A DNA stretch of 64,000 bases from the human T2T-CHM13v2.0 reference genome, Homo sapiens: the NCBI RefSeq assembly GCF_009914755.1, contig NC_060928.1, one strand, 5' to 3'. How positions within the stretch are numbered: the first letter of the stretch is position 1; every line of letters begins with the position of its first letter. The notes under the pieces are model-generated. The model did not search any database. It worked only from the letters and a program-made list of their open reading frames with translations, and had not been told where the DNA came from. The translations under genes were made by a program, and so were the position numbers. Shown in pieces: positions 30,740-44,333 of the stretch.

Positions 30740-31195
30740 GACTACAACTCTTGCATTATTTTGTCATAAATTTCCCCTCGTTCATTATTCCAAGCCATGC
30801 TGGCTTCTCAGCTTCTTTAAGTCACTGTTCTCCAGTGACTTAAACTCCATCTTAGGGACTTTATACATGTTTCTTCAGCATAGAATATTCCATCTCTTGC
30901 ACACCATCCCCAGCTCCAAACCCCATTGTTTTAGACTACATCCAACCAACTTTCAGTTTTTATCATAAAACGAACCTAGTCTTTTCATTACATGTTCTTA
31001 TAACATCCTGTATTTCTCCTCAATATCACTGGTAATAATTACAGTCAATATTTCGTATGTGACTCTTTGCTTAAAGCCTGAATGGGTGACAACATTTAAC
31101 ATCTAAGAATATAGAGAATTGTTCGTCACCATCGTTTGTGCCTAAACAGTGCCACACTAACAGTAGGTATGCAACAAAAACTCCTTAAAAGTATA
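30740..31195 (+). mobile_element. L2 fragment
   Basis: ccaagccatgctggcttctc...cctaaacagtgccacactaacagtaggtatgcaacaaa. Confidence 0.55.
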
Positions 31196-31301
31196 AATAA
31201 TGTGAGAAATATTTTCCCCTCACATATAAATAAAAACCTATAGAAAGACTTCTGGGTGTACCCCACAGAATCTTGATGACAACATTTGTCAGTATGTTAG
31301 C

Positions 31302-31689
31302 TGTATTAGTTCATTTTCACATGCCATAAAGATATTACTTGAGACCTAGTATTTATAAAGAAAAGAGGTTTAATTGATTCACAGTTCTACATGTCTGGGG
31401 AGGCCTCAGGAAACTTAAAATTGTGGCAGATGGCAAAGGGAAAGCAGGCACCTTCTTCATAAGGTGGCAAGAGAGAGAAGTGAGAAGACAGGAAGAAACT
31501 GCCACTTTAAAAACCATCAGATCTCGTGAGAATTCACTCACTATCATGAGAACAGCATGGAGGACACTGACCCCATGATCCAATCACCCCCTTCCCTCCA
31601 CAGGTGGCGATTGCATGTCCCTCCCTCAACATGAGGGGATTACAATTCCAGATGAGATTTGGCTGGGGACACAAAATCAAACTATATCA
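31302..31689 (-). mobile_element. THE1D-like solo LTR
   Basis: tgtattagtt...aaactatatca termini; TSD ttagc/taagc. Confidence 0.9.
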
Positions 31690-31831
31690 TAAGCATACTC
31701 AAGAAAAATGAAAAAAATAACAATTTGCAGTTCAGTAATGTTCAGTCTTTCTAAGTTTCCTTCTATCAAGGCCAACATTGAGTGACAAGATTATTAACCA
31801 ATAACTTTCATTTAAAATTGGCTAAAGACTC

Positions 31832-32220
31832 TGCTATCGTCTGAATGTTTTTGTTTCCCCAAAGTTTATACCATAAGATCCTAACTGCCAAGGTGATGGT
31901 ATCAGGAAATGGGCCTTTGGTGGAGTAGGGAAATAGCGGGATCAGGGCATAAGTTTGGCGCCCTCAGGGATGGGATTAGTGTCTTTATAAAAGAGGCCCA
32001 AGAGAATTACTCGTTTTCTTTTCAGCAGGTAAGGACATAGCTAGAAGGCACCATCTCTGAGGAAGCAGGGCCTCAGTAGATACCAAATCTGCCAGCGCCT
32101 TGATCTTGGACTTCTCAGCTTCCAGAATTATGAGAAATACATTTCTTTTTTTTTTTTTTTTTTTTTGTAAGCTACTTGGCTGATGTTATCTAGTTATAGC
32201 AGCCTGAATAGACTAAGACA
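31832..32220 (+). mobile_element. MLT1A0-like solo LTR
   Basis: tgctatcgtctgaatg...gactaagaca; perfect TSD gactc. Confidence 0.92.
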
Positions 32221-32239
32221 GACTCAAACACCAAACTAA

Positions 32240-32420
32240 GAATAAGGAGGCTTGAGTTTTAGCTCTACTACCCAGGAGTCTTGTGACTTAGAACAAATTG
32301 TGTTACTTCCGAACTTATTATAAAATAACTTTCATGTTATTATTTTCATCTGTTAACTAGAGAAATTGTACCTCATAAATCACGTATACTGGAGGTTAAT
32401 CATTAGGAAGGTCACCAATG
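32240..32420 (+). mobile_element. MIR fragment
   Basis: gctctactac...tgtgacttagaacaa...ttttcatctgttaa. Confidence 0.5.
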
Positions 32421-33179
32421 CTACACGTAATACAAAGGAGAAGAATAATTATGAAGGTTTCTATGTCAACTTAGTATTTTCTTGGAGAGAAAACATATAT
32501 ACTTATGACTTATTTGTATTTTGAAAGGTAGAGGGTCATATATGTTGCACGCAGTGTAGAGACGTTGCAGATTAAACTGTACTTGTACTTTTTACATGTA
32601 CACTTCATATAAATCCATAGTTATTTTCACCCTGCAAAATAGTTAAGAATATTAATGTAGTGTCCTAAAGAGGAGCCAGACTCTCGACTAATACCTGTCT
32701 CTGTAACAAGTGTGTATAACTAATTAGCATTATAAACTTTACATACATTTAAAGTTTTCAAGCATAGTATATAAATATGCAAACATGATTTTGATATACT
32801 GATTTTATCAAATCAATTAAAGATAGGGCAAGCTTGTGCTGATTGAGATAAAAATTTCCATCAAAGTTCTTACTAGTGCCATTTTGCAATTTTTTAAAGC
32901 TTATTACAGCTACAAAGAATGTATTTGTTTGTTTTCTAAAGTAAAACATACTGCTGACAGGAAAAACATGCCAAATGAATTTTATTGGTTTATAAGCTTC
33001 AAAAAGAAAACAATGTGAATATCAAGGATAAAGAAAGCAATGTATTTTACTGAGTCAAAGTGAAATAATTCAAAATTAACATCAATTTTATATTTTATTT
33101 ATAATTCATAATTTTTACACTGATAATGTTCATTCTCATTAAAGAAATTTAAGAAAAATATAAAAAGTTTATTTTTAAA

Positions 33180-34250
33180 AATGTGCACATATTGCCATTT
33201 TTTATAAACAGAAAGTAGCACTTCCCTTTCTATGAATATATTGTATGTTTTCACCATTTTTCTATTGGGGATGTAACGCCTTTCTTATTGCACTGTAATT
33301 ACATTTTATTTAGAAAGAATTTTAAACTTTTCCTTGATTTATTTGAGCAGATATTTTTTCCTAGCTTTGATGTTTGACCTTCTAGCTTATTTATGCATAC
33401 TGATGAAATTATTTTTAAAAATTTTAAGTTGAAGTTACCTCTTTTGCTGTGATCGTTGTTATTTGTGCTTTCTTTCACTGCTTTTATTCTTGGAAAGTCC
33501 TCTCATGTTCCAAGACGACAAAATAGTCATCAATATTTTAGATTAGAAATTCCGTGTCTCCAAATTTTACATTTCGGTTTTAATGCTTTTGCAGTTTATA
33601 GCTGCATGTGTGGTGAGATATGGACCTAATGTGATTTTAAAAATATATATTTATTATAATTCCAAGCTTCAATTACCAACTAACTCCTTTTTCTCCACTG
33701 ATATGATGGCCACCTTCATCATCATATACTCAATGAAAATATATTTGTTCGTGTGTGTGGGTCTCAGACATTGATATTTTTAGTCCATTGATTTTTGGTC
33801 AATTTTTAGTCTTTATTATACTCTTTAAGTTATTGTAACTTTATAAATACATTTTAATATTTAGTAGCATAAATGCCCCTCAACACATCTAAAATATTTA
33901 TACTTCCACATTAACTTTACTATCTATGTCTTTATTAAGCCACCACAAACTTTTATTGGGCTTATGGTTGGAAATATATTAAATATGGATTAATTGAAGA
34001 AGATCTAAAATCTTCAGAATAATCAAAATTTCCATCCAAGAGCTATTTCCCTAAAAAGTGTTCATTATATCACTGGAAAAAATTTGTTCTTTTATCTTTA
34101 TAGTGCCCATAATGTTTGTTATTGTTACATTTCTTGCATAGATTTTTTAAAATTTTTGTTGCAGTTAACATTTGGATTTTCCCTTTAAAGTCCATAACTG
34201 CGTATGCTATTATTTAGTACAGTTACGAATATTTGTCTAGATTTGTTTAG
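33180..34250 (-). mobile_element. Ancient L1M (L1ME-like) fragment
   Basis: tggtgagatatggacctaa, ttattgtaactttataaatacattttaatatttagtag antisense ORF2 remnants. Confidence 0.55.
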
Positions 34251-34258
34251 TCCCTGGC

Positions 34259-34653
34259 TGTCTTAGTCCATTAATTCTGCTATAACAAAATGCCTGAGAG
34301 TGGGTAATTTATAAATTCATTGTTCACAGTTATACAAGTTGGGTTTGTGCCCAACACAATAGGTTTGTGCCTATTCTCTGTTTCCAATATAGCACCTTGA
34401 ATGCTGTGTCCTCTGGAGGGGATAAATGCTGTGTCCTTACATGACAGAAGAGAATGAAGGGCAAATGGGGTAGAAAAGCAAAGGACCTAGCTAGCTAATT
34501 CCAGCCCTTTTATAAGGTTGCTAATCTCATCCATGAAAGCGGAGCCCTTATGGGCTAGTGACTTTTTAAATGTACTACCTCTTAATACTGTTGCATTGGG
34601 GGTTAAGTTTCAGTGTGAATTTTGGAAGGGACACAAACATTCATACCATAGCA
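34259..34653 (-). mobile_element. MST solo LTR (MSTC/MSTD-like)
   Basis: tgtcttagtccatt...acattcataccatagca; TSD ctggc/ctggt. Confidence 0.88.
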
Positions 34654-35294
34654 CTGGTCATCATGTTGGTAATTTATAGAATAAAATATTTCTGTTTATT
34701 CCTTTAAATTTTTTGGTAAAATTAATTTACTTGTATTTCTTCCAAATTTCGTGTCCTCTTCCCATTTTTATAAAGCACAAGTCTGATTTCATTCAGTCTT
34801 TAAATTCGCATATGAGACATTTTGCCAAGAAATCCCTCTAGCAATTATAATACAAAAAGTCAGTTTAGTAAAATAAATCATATATCTGATTAATACATTC
34901 TTGTTATATCAGCTAGAAGCTAGTCTGTATCTTATCAGTGTTTATTAGTATAACAATAAGCTAGTGTGTGTAATGATAACAGAAATTATATTAATGACTA
35001 CTAGATGAGTTTCTAGCAGTTGTAAAGAACGTAAGTTTTTCCAACTTAATGTCTTACCCAGTGAAGGAATTAGATTACAGTTTTGAGTCCATACTCTCAG
35101 ACCCTGAGTTCAAAAGACTTGTCTTCTAATCAACAGAGTTCAATAAAGTAAATTACAGATTAGAGGGATCGGACTCGTTAGAATTCTAGCTGTGAGAATA
35201 GTATTCTTTAATGCTCCCTCCCAACTCCTATTTCTTACTGTCTACACTGCATGAAATTTCATTCCCATTAATTTCATGTTTAGTATATACAGTC

Positions 35295-37534
35295 TGATAT
35301 GGTTTGGCTGTGTCCCCAAACAAATCTCCACTTGAATTGTATCTCCCAGGATTCCCACATGTTGTGTGAGGGACCCAGGGGGAGGTAATTGAATCATGGT
35401 GGCAGGTCTTTCCCATGCTATTCTTGTGATAGTGAATAAGTCTCATGAGATCTGATGGGTTTATCAGGAGTTTCTACTTTTGCTTCTTCCTCATTTTTCT
35501 CTTGCTGCCTCCATGTAAGAAGTGCTTTTCACTTCCCACCTTGATTCTGAGGCCTCACCAACCATCAGGTAGGTCTTTATCAGCAGCATGAAAATGAATG
35601 AATACAGTAAATTGGTACCAGTAGTGTGGGGCATTGCTGAAAAGATACCTGAAAATGTGGAAGTGACTTTGGAACTGGGTAACAGGCAGAGGTTGGAACA
35701 GTTTGGAGGGCTTAGAAAAAGACAGGAAAATGTGGGAAAGTTTGGAACCTCCTAAAGACTTGTTGAATGGATTTGACAAAAATGCTGATAGTAATATGAA
35801 CAATAAGGTCCAGGCGGAGGTGGTTTCAGGTGGAGATGAGAAACTTGTTGGGAACTGGTGCAAAGGTGACCCTTATGTTTTAGCAAAGAAACTGGCAGCA
35901 TTTTGCTCCGCCCTAGAGATTTGTGGAACTTCGAACTTGAGAGAGATTATTTTGGGTATCTGGCAGAAGAAATTTCTAAGCAGCAAAGCATTGGAAAGAT
36001 GACTTGGGTGCTGTTAAAAGCATGCTGTTTTTGAAAGAAAACAGAGCATAAAAGTTCAGAAAATTTTCAGGCTGATGATGCAGCAAAAAAGAAAAACCCA
36101 TTTTTTGAAGAGAAGTTCAAGCCAGCTGCAGAAATTTGCATAAGTGGCAAGGAGCCTAATGTTAATCCACCAGACCATAGGGCAAAAGTCTCCAGGCCAT
36201 GCCAGAGACCTTCACAGCAGCCCCTCCCATCACAGGCCCAAAGGTCCGGGAGGAAAAAGTGGTTTCATGGGCCAGGCCTGGGGTCCTCATGCTGTGTGCA
36301 CCCTAGGGACTTGGTGCCCTGTGTCCCAGCTGCTCCAGTCATGGCTGAAAGGGGCCAACATAGAGCTTGGGTGTTGCTTCAGAGGATGGAAGCCCTAAGC
36401 CTTGACAGCTTCTATGTGGTGTTTGGCCTGTGGGTGCACAGAAGTTAAGAATTGAGGTTTGGGAACCTCCATCTAGATTTCAGAGGATGTATGGAAACTC
36501 CCAGATGCCCAGACAAAAGTTGCTGCAGGAGTGGGGCCCTCATGGGGAACCTCTGCTAGGGCAGTGTGGAAGGGAAATGTGGGATGGGACCCCCACACAC
36601 ACACAGAGTCCCTACTGGGGCACTGCCTACTGGGGCTGTGGGAAGAGGGCCACCATCCTCCAGACCCCAGGATGGTAGATCCACTGGCAGGTTGCATTAT
36701 GCACCTGGAAAAGCCACAGACACTCAAGGCCAGCCTGTGAAAGCAGCCAGGAAGGAGGCTGTATCCTGCAAGCCACAGGGGCAGAGCTGCCCAAGACCAT
36801 GGGAACCGACCTTTGGTATCAGCGTGACCTGGATGTGAGACATGGAGTCAAAGATCATTTTGGAGTTTTAAAATTTGACTGCCCTGCTGGATTTCAGACT
36901 TGCATGGGCCCTGTAACTCCTTTGTTTTGGCCAATTTCTCTCATTGGAATGGCTGTATTTACCCAATACCTGTACCCCCATTGTATCTAGAAAGTAACTA
37001 GCTTGCTTTCCATTTTACAGGTTCATAGGCAGAAGGGACTTGACTTGTCTCAGATGAGACTTTGTACTGTGGACTTTTGGGTTAATTCTGAAACAGAGTT
37101 AAGACTTTGGGGGACTGTTGGGGGCCTGGTTGGTTCTGAAATGTAAGGACATGAGATTTGGAGGGGCCAGGGGCAAAATGATATTATTTGGCTCTGTGTC
37201 CCCACCCAAATCTCAACTTGAATTGTATCTCTCAGAATTCCCAAGTGTTGTGGGAGGGAACTAGTGGGAGGTAATTGAATCATGGAAGCCAGTCTTTCCT
37301 GTGGTAATCTTGCGATAGTGAATAAGTCTCACAAGATCTGATGGGTTTATCAGGGGTTTCTGCTTTTGCTTCCTCCTCATTTTTCCCTTGCTGTCACCAT
37401 GTAAGACGTGCTTTTCACCTCCCGCCATGATTCTGAAGCTTCCCCAGCCATTGGAATTATAAGTCCAAATAAACCTGTTTTTCTTCCCAGTCTCAGGTAT
37501 ATCTTTATCAGCAGCATGAAAACAGACTAATATA
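35295..37534 (+). mobile_element. Full-length THE1A provirus (5' LTR 35295-35606, internal 35607-37178, 3' LTR 37179-37534)
   Basis: Two homologous LTRs flanking a ~1.57-kb THE1 internal region; TSD cagtc on both sides. Confidence 0.95.
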
Positions 37535-38507
37535 CAGTCTGTAGTTAAATATTTCCTCTTCGGGGGTAAACTGAAGTTGTATTTCTTGGGCCTTTCTCTT
37601 TCTTCCTTGGGTTGTAGAGTTCACTGGAATTTTGAAAAAGAGTTGAAAATCTCTCTCTTTATTTGTCATGTAGGTGCCTATATCCCTCTGGTTAGCCTTG
37701 GCTCCAACAAATAAACTAGCCAAAACCTGTAAGAGAATGTACCAAAATGTTTAATGAGTTGGAAATTAAAATTTTGGGGTTTCAATTCCTTTTAGACGCT
37801 TTGAAGATACAAAATTAGGCAGATAGAAAATGCAATTAAAATATCTAAAAATAAGCTGTAATGGTATTATTAGGAACAAATTTCTCAGACTTTTAGCTTA
37901 TTCAAATCACTATTCTATTGTTAAATATTAAATGATCATCAAAATAACGTACTAATTTTGTGTGGACCTTAAACCCCTTTATGAAGTGTCTCATTTCTAC
38001 CCAAGAAACATTTTCTATTATGATACATTGGATACCTAAATATATAGTAAGAACAGAAGGCACTAGGTCTATTAAAGACTTGTATTACATTATTTTTTCT
38101 TGGAATTCTTATGACTTCAGCATTGTATTTAAAAATACCATGTATCTGCAATAGAAAACATGAACTAGTACTAAATGAAGAAATGGATGCTGAAGATAAA
38201 TTATCTAATGTTTAGTACCACATTGCTGAATGTCAGACTCACACAAATCACAGTTCTTACTCAGGAGCAATTATTACTGGTAATTTCAAAGATATAAGCA
38301 ATCAAGATGCATGAGTCAATTAGGGAGGGATCAGGAGCATTTTGTGTGGCTCTCCATGACTTTTTGGTCAGCGTTGGCAATTCCTCTCTGGTCCAGAGTA
38401 ATATAAGAGGTTTCCTGTGAGGTTTACAGGACACCTCCAACAGTGGGGAGACTTTAGCTTATGAAGCATCTCAATTTTATAGTCACAGATAGTTCTATGG
38501 CTTATAT

Positions 38508-38823
38508 CAGGGGTCCACAACCCCCAGTACTCATCCATGGCCTGTTAGGAACTGGGCCTCACCACGGGAGGTGTGAGGCGGGCCAGCATTACTGCCTGAG
38601 CTCCACCTCCTGCCAGATCAGCAATGGCATTAGGTTCTCATAGGAGCACGAACCCTATTGTGAACTGTGCATGCAAGGGATCTAGGTTGTGCACTCCTTA
38701 TGGGACTCTAATGATAAATGTAATGCACTTGATCATCCTGAAACCATCCCCCACATTCTGGTCCTCGGCAAAATTTTCTTTCACAAAACCAGTCCCTGAT
38801 GCCAAAAAGGCTGGGGACTGCTG
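38508..38823 (+). mobile_element. MER1-family hAT-Charlie DNA transposon relic
   Basis: caggggtccacaacc...aggctggggactgctg terminal inverted repeats; 8-bp TSD gcttatat/atttatat. Confidence 0.9.
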
Positions 38824-40974
38824 ATTTATATGACCTTTTCTAAGAAACTGTGACTCAAAAATTCTTACAATATGCATTCTTTACCACAAGCAAATCAGAA
38901 ACATCCTGCTAAAAGCATTCCAGAGATAAGCACTAGCCTTCTAGCAAGTATCATTTGTCTACTACTACAAGGTTCAGTTATTAAGATGTTTACAAGAAGA
39001 TTATGCTAACTCACCTGCCTTCTTTCTTTCCTTAGTAGTGATCACAACCCAACTTTTCAAACTACGTTTCACCCAATTAATAACTTTGTGTTTACTTTAA
39101 CAAAATTTCTATTTAAAACTATCATAAGTTTTTACATTGATCTCTGGGTTTAAAATATCCAGAAATGTTCTCTTAACCATTTTTTTTTTTACTACAGAAT
39201 AACTAGACTGAAGCCTTAAGACTTACAGGAATACAGGTGTGTGTAGCTTCAGCATAAGAATCAAATATTTCCACATTCAGCAATCCTTACGTTTACTGGT
39301 ATAATAAATAATTGGAAAATCCTAGTAAATAAAATAGTTATATTCATTGAAAACTACTTATTTATGTGGGGAAGTTTTGGGGGTGAGGAAGATAACAAAT
39401 ATGTAGGGATCTACAGTTTTCAGTTTGTTCTATAAATATGTATAATTTTAGTGTTTAATTTCTTATTTTATTGTTGCATGTGAGATATGAGTCAATAGAC
39501 AGATACAGGTATTCCACACAAATTACTCTTTACCAACCATACAACTTTATTCCAAATAACAGAATCCTTAATTAAAGAATAAATTATGCATGTATAAATT
39601 AAGTCTATCTCCAATGTCTTCAGATATCAGAGTCCAAACATTGTATGCCTAAGAGACTCAAGTTTCCTGGGCAGTAAGAGAACTCTCATTATAAATTTTT
39701 TAAAGTAATATAATTTTATTTATAAAAAATCACAGCTCTTCATATGTGAACCTTAATTGATAAAAATATTTTAACAACTTCCAAACTTTGGTTTCACCTG
39801 AGAAAAAATATCATTTATCTACGTTTTCAACCTCAGTTCTTGCCTTTCATTTGACACTGGCACATACATTCAGATTCAGATTTGGATAATTAAACTTAAT
39901 ATAAAGATTTCTCAATCACCATCATAATAAATCATTGGTAAACAGTTCCACTATGGAAAGTAGTTGTGTATTTATCCAACCTTCATTCCTTATGCAATAT
40001 CCTTCAAACAGGTAAATGCTCAAACTGAGCTATCATTTTCTCTTTATTGTTGAAAGGTATAATTAGCATATGTCATCATCTAAAATGATTTTTTAATTTG
40101 AGGAGTTCAAAATATAAACATTTGAAATAAAATCATATTGATGTTATCATTTCTTCAATCTTTCTTATTAATTCTGGTCTTGCTGCAGGGAATTTCTACC
40201 TATTTTTTATTGTGTTTGGTATATGGTATTGTATTAGATTAATACTAGGCTTTTCTTTTCTATCCAAGAATTTGAAGCCATGTAGACACATCTAAAATAA
40301 AGTTTGTTAATGGAATGTGAAACTGAATCAGAGTCCAAAGTCATAAGAAGTATGACTGTAGCCATTTATGGGAAAGGAAATTATTTATTTCAGAAAGTAA
40401 TACCATCCCAACGTATAGAAAAGAAAATTATTTAGTTAACAAAGCCAGCTGCAAGTAACAATAAAGCAAGTGATTAAAAAAGCCAAAAAGGCAACAGATA
40501 AATAAGGCACAGTTAGTGAATCCCTATTTAGGTGAATGTCACAATGATTTCTTGGCCACCTCCATAAAACTCCTATTGTAAAGAAAGCTTAAGATCTATT
40601 ACAGAGTAGCACATTGTCACTTTTGTAAGTCCAACCAAAGCCCTGAGGAAATTGATGCATTCAGTACATTTCTCTGTGAAATATTAAATTACTTAGTTCT
40701 GAAGTGCGATTCTTGAGTTGCAAAGCTATTTCCTAGAAGCATCTCTCAATGTGTCACAGATTGCTTTAAAAAAGAAGCCGATGACAATAGAAAAAACAGC
40801 AATAACAATATCAGTGATAGTTTTAGCAATTCTGGACTAAGAAATTCAGGGCTGGATGAGCAGCAGCTGCCTGTGCACATATAAATGCCTGTCAGCAACA
40901 TATGAGAGTGCATATGTGTTTCAGGAAAAAGAGAATTTTCCTTCCTGCTCCCTGAGTGTTTATGAAAGTGGAAA

Positions 40975-41210
40975 TAGAGCAGAATGGTTAAAGTGGAATT
41001 TCAGTCTACACAGAGCTGTTGTTGACTCTGTACATGCTGTTTAGACATGATAATGTCACTTAATCTTGCAAAGCCTCAGTTGTCTTACTTATAGATGTCT
41101 TTAATATGGAAGAATATCAAATTGAATTATGTAGGACCAAATTGAATTATGTAGGATTGAATTATGTAGAATCTCTAGGCACATAGAAAAACCCTACAAA
41201 CAATAGTGGT
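40975..41210 (+). mobile_element. MIR
   Basis: gcagaatggttaaag...gtcacttaatctt...gcctcagtt...ggcacatag. Confidence 0.7.
41118..41171. repeat. Tandem triplication of ttgaattatgtag
   Basis: caaattgaattatgtaggac / caaattgaattatgtagga / ttgaattatgtagaa. Confidence 0.9.
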
Positions 41211-41324
41211 GCAGATTATTGTGATGACATTTGTTCTCTGAAATCTTATTCATTAGTAAATGTAAAATGAATAAATATCATTATTCCATGCATATACTGT
41301 GAAACTACTACTAAACTACATTAT

Positions 41325-42780
41325 CATTTATTTATTCGTTCATTGAAAAAATATGAACTTGAGCACCTATTATGTGCTAGACACTAATTTAGGTACTTGG
41401 AGTACACAAGTAATTAAAACAGATTTCTTTCTCATGGAACTACCCTTCCACCAGATACTATTAAATCAAGACCATAATTTAATAAATAATAAATCATATT
41501 GGAAGGAGAGATGATATGGAAAAATATTAAAAGATCAGGATGAAGGGGACAGGGAATGCGGAATGGTGCGTATTTTAAATAAGGTGTACATCTACTTGAA
41601 AAGGTGAATTATGAGCAAAGGATTGAAGGAAGTGTGGGCCTGAGCAACTCCTATCAGGAATAGCTAATACAAAAACCCTAAGGCAGCAAAGAGACAGGTG
41701 CAGCTACAGCCGAACTAGCAAAGCAAAGAAAAATATGAGATGAGAACAGGATAACAGGAAGGTAAGAAGCCAGGATCAGCTACCACCTTGTCTGCCATTG
41801 TAAAGTCCTTGGATTTTACTCTCAGTAAAACAAATAAAACTTTGAGGGTTTTGTGCAGAGGAGTGAGATGGTTATATTTGCTTTTAAATGATAACTCTGC
41901 ATGCTGTGCTGTGAACAAACTAAGGCGTAAGAAGCAAGGGGCTTCAGTTAGGAGGCTACTGAAGTACTCTGGGAGAGAAACACTGATGGCCCAACCAGGG
42001 TGATAGCAAGGAAAGACAGGGTCAGATTTGAGATATGCTTTGAATGTAAATTAAACAGCGTTGCCTACCAGACAGTATGTGTGTTGTGAGAGAAATAGAA
42101 GAGTCTCCACTGACTCAGAATACTTTGACTTGACCACTTGTAAAAACTTGCCATAAACTAGACCCTGGATAAATGCAGTGAGAGCAGGCTGATTTGTGGA
42201 TTCTTATTTTAAGGAGAGGGAAGTGAGAGAGAAGAATAGGCGCAACCTGAGAGTTCAGAAATACTGTGCTTGAGATATTTAACACATATTCAAATGAAAA
42301 TATCAGTTGAATAAACAAGTCTAGGGTTCAGAAGAGATGTCTAATTTGGTTATACACATTTGAGAGTTATTAGCATGTAACTGGTATTTAAAGCCATAAA
42401 TCTGAAGGAAAAAACCCACCATGTGAGTGAAGTAGATAGAGAGGGAAAAAGACCAGTGTCTAAACCCTCTAACATTAAAGGCAAGGAATAAAACAGGAAA
42501 AGAGATTTTAAAGAGTGCCCATTGAGGTAGGAGAGAAAACAAGACATGCAATTAATTATGACGAATCCTTCTAAGGGGAAGTAGACATTGAGTATAGAGA
42601 ATTCACTACTGGAAATAACAAAATAAAGGTCATTCATGACCTTGAGACAAGACCACCAATTACAGTTGTAGGGGACAAAAACCTGACAAAAATTGGTTTA
42701 AAAGAAACTGGAAACAATGAGTGAAAACAACAACATATTTCAGGTTCTAATGAAAAAGGAGACTGGAAATTATGAAAGAG
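41325..42780 (-). mobile_element. L2 LINE, 3' portion
   Basis: ttcattgaaaaa...ttgagcacctattatgtgctagacact 3' end, then purine-rich antisense L2 body. Confidence 0.85.
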
Positions 42781-43036
42781 AGAAAAGCCGTGATGGGAAG
42801 CTGAAAAGGGGATTGAGGAGAGATTACTCAGAGAGAAAAGAGATTATTTTTTATGTATACATAACATTATAAGTGGGGAAGTTTGCTGAGAAATGAAGCA
42901 AAGCACATTGTGGAGTAAAAGAATCATACTTTTCCAGACCCATTGTCCTCCAATACAAATATTTTATTTTTAGAAGGAGGAGTATGATTGCAGAGTGAAT
43001 AGTGTAGATTGATAGAGTACACTCTAGTACCTGTGG

Positions 43037-43474
43037 TTGTTGTGGGTTAACTTGCGTTCTCCAAAACGATATGTTTAAATCCTTAACCCTACCTCATATT
43101 TGTGAAACTGAACTTATTTGGAAACAGAGTCTTTGCAGAACTAATCAAGTTAAGGTAAGGTCATACTGGATTAGGGTGTGCTGTAAGTCCAATGACTGGT
43201 GTCCTTATAAAAGATCATGTGAAGGCACAGACTCAGACAGAGGAAAGAAGTTCATGTAATGAAGGAGGCAGAGATGAGAGTTATGCAGCCCATGAGCAAA
43301 GAATTACCAGCAACTTCCAGAAGCTGGAAGAGGCAAGAGAATTTTGTCCCCTCACATGGCCTACTGACAGTTGATTTTGGACTTCTGGCCTCCAAACTGT
43401 GAGAGAGTAAATTATGTTGTTTTAAGACATCCAGTTTGTGGAACATTGTTAAATAGTCCTTGGAAACTAACGCA
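43037..43474 (+). mobile_element. MLT1C-like solo LTR
   Basis: cttatttggaaacagagtctttgcag, gactggtgtccttataaaag, ggacttctggcctccaaactgtgag. Confidence 0.88.
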
Positions 43475-43520
43475 ATGACATTGTTTCAAAAATGTTGTAA
43501 AGATGTTTTGGTTATTGTTT

Positions 43521-43751
43521 CTTGGCTCACTGCAACCTCCCCCTCCTGGATTCAAGCAATTCTCCTGCCTCAGCCTCCCGAGTAGCTGAGATTACAGGCA
43601 TGCACCACCATGCCTGGCTAATTTTGTATTTTTAGTAAAGACTGGGTTTCACCATATTGGCCAGGCTGGTCTCGAACACCTGACCTTGTGATCGGCCCAC
43701 CTCGGCCTCCGAAAGTGCTGGGATTACAGGCGTGAGCCACCACACCTGGCC
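43521..43751 (-). mobile_element. Alu (AluSg-like), lacking its 3' end
   Basis: Alu body from cttggctcactgcaacc to cacctggcc; no poly-T tail. Confidence 0.9.
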
Positions 43752-44333
43752 TATTTTGTTTTAATACCTCCTCATTCACAGGGTTTCTAACACTCAATAA
43801 TACTAGGGAGGTAGAAGATACATTCCATCAACAGGAATATTGATGGGGCAGTAACATTTTAAAATAAATGAGATTATTGGTTATATAGATCTTAGTTGAG
43901 TTAAAGTTCAGATTATTTCTTATTAGTAGAATCTGATAGAAGAAACACCAAAGGTAACCTGAAATGACAATAAAAGTAACTCAGATCACTTCAAAAATGA
44001 GTAAAATGTATAACGAACCTACTCACCGCCAGTTTCAAAATTAGGCTGATCCTTTAGCTAACCTTAGTTGCTCTATCATCTCATTAAATGTGCATTTTAT
44101 GCCAGCTGTGCACTGATATCTTCATGAGTTCAACTAGTTCTAGACAAAATTAGAAGGTCTAAAACATGTGGTTTGTTGTACCATTTGTGCCCTGAGCTAT
44201 TCCCCACACTCTACCCATGGGGAGAGGTAAGGAATAGGGACTGAAGTCTATCTCATACTTTGCTCTCATATCTATACTCCCTGGCACAGCCTTACCTAGG
44301 CCCCAAGGATGCAAAGTCTTTCCTCTAATATTC

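Noticed and set aside
35607-37178. Clusters of similar ORFs at 7.6-8.8, 35.6-37.0 and 50.5-51.8 kb suggesting a gene family
   Set aside because: Fragments of the decayed MaLR internal ORF in three related proviruses, broken by stops and frameshifts
41118-41171. Short direct repeats as a possible CRISPR-like array
   Set aside because: Adjacent tandem copies without spacers inside a MIR; eukaryotic slippage duplication
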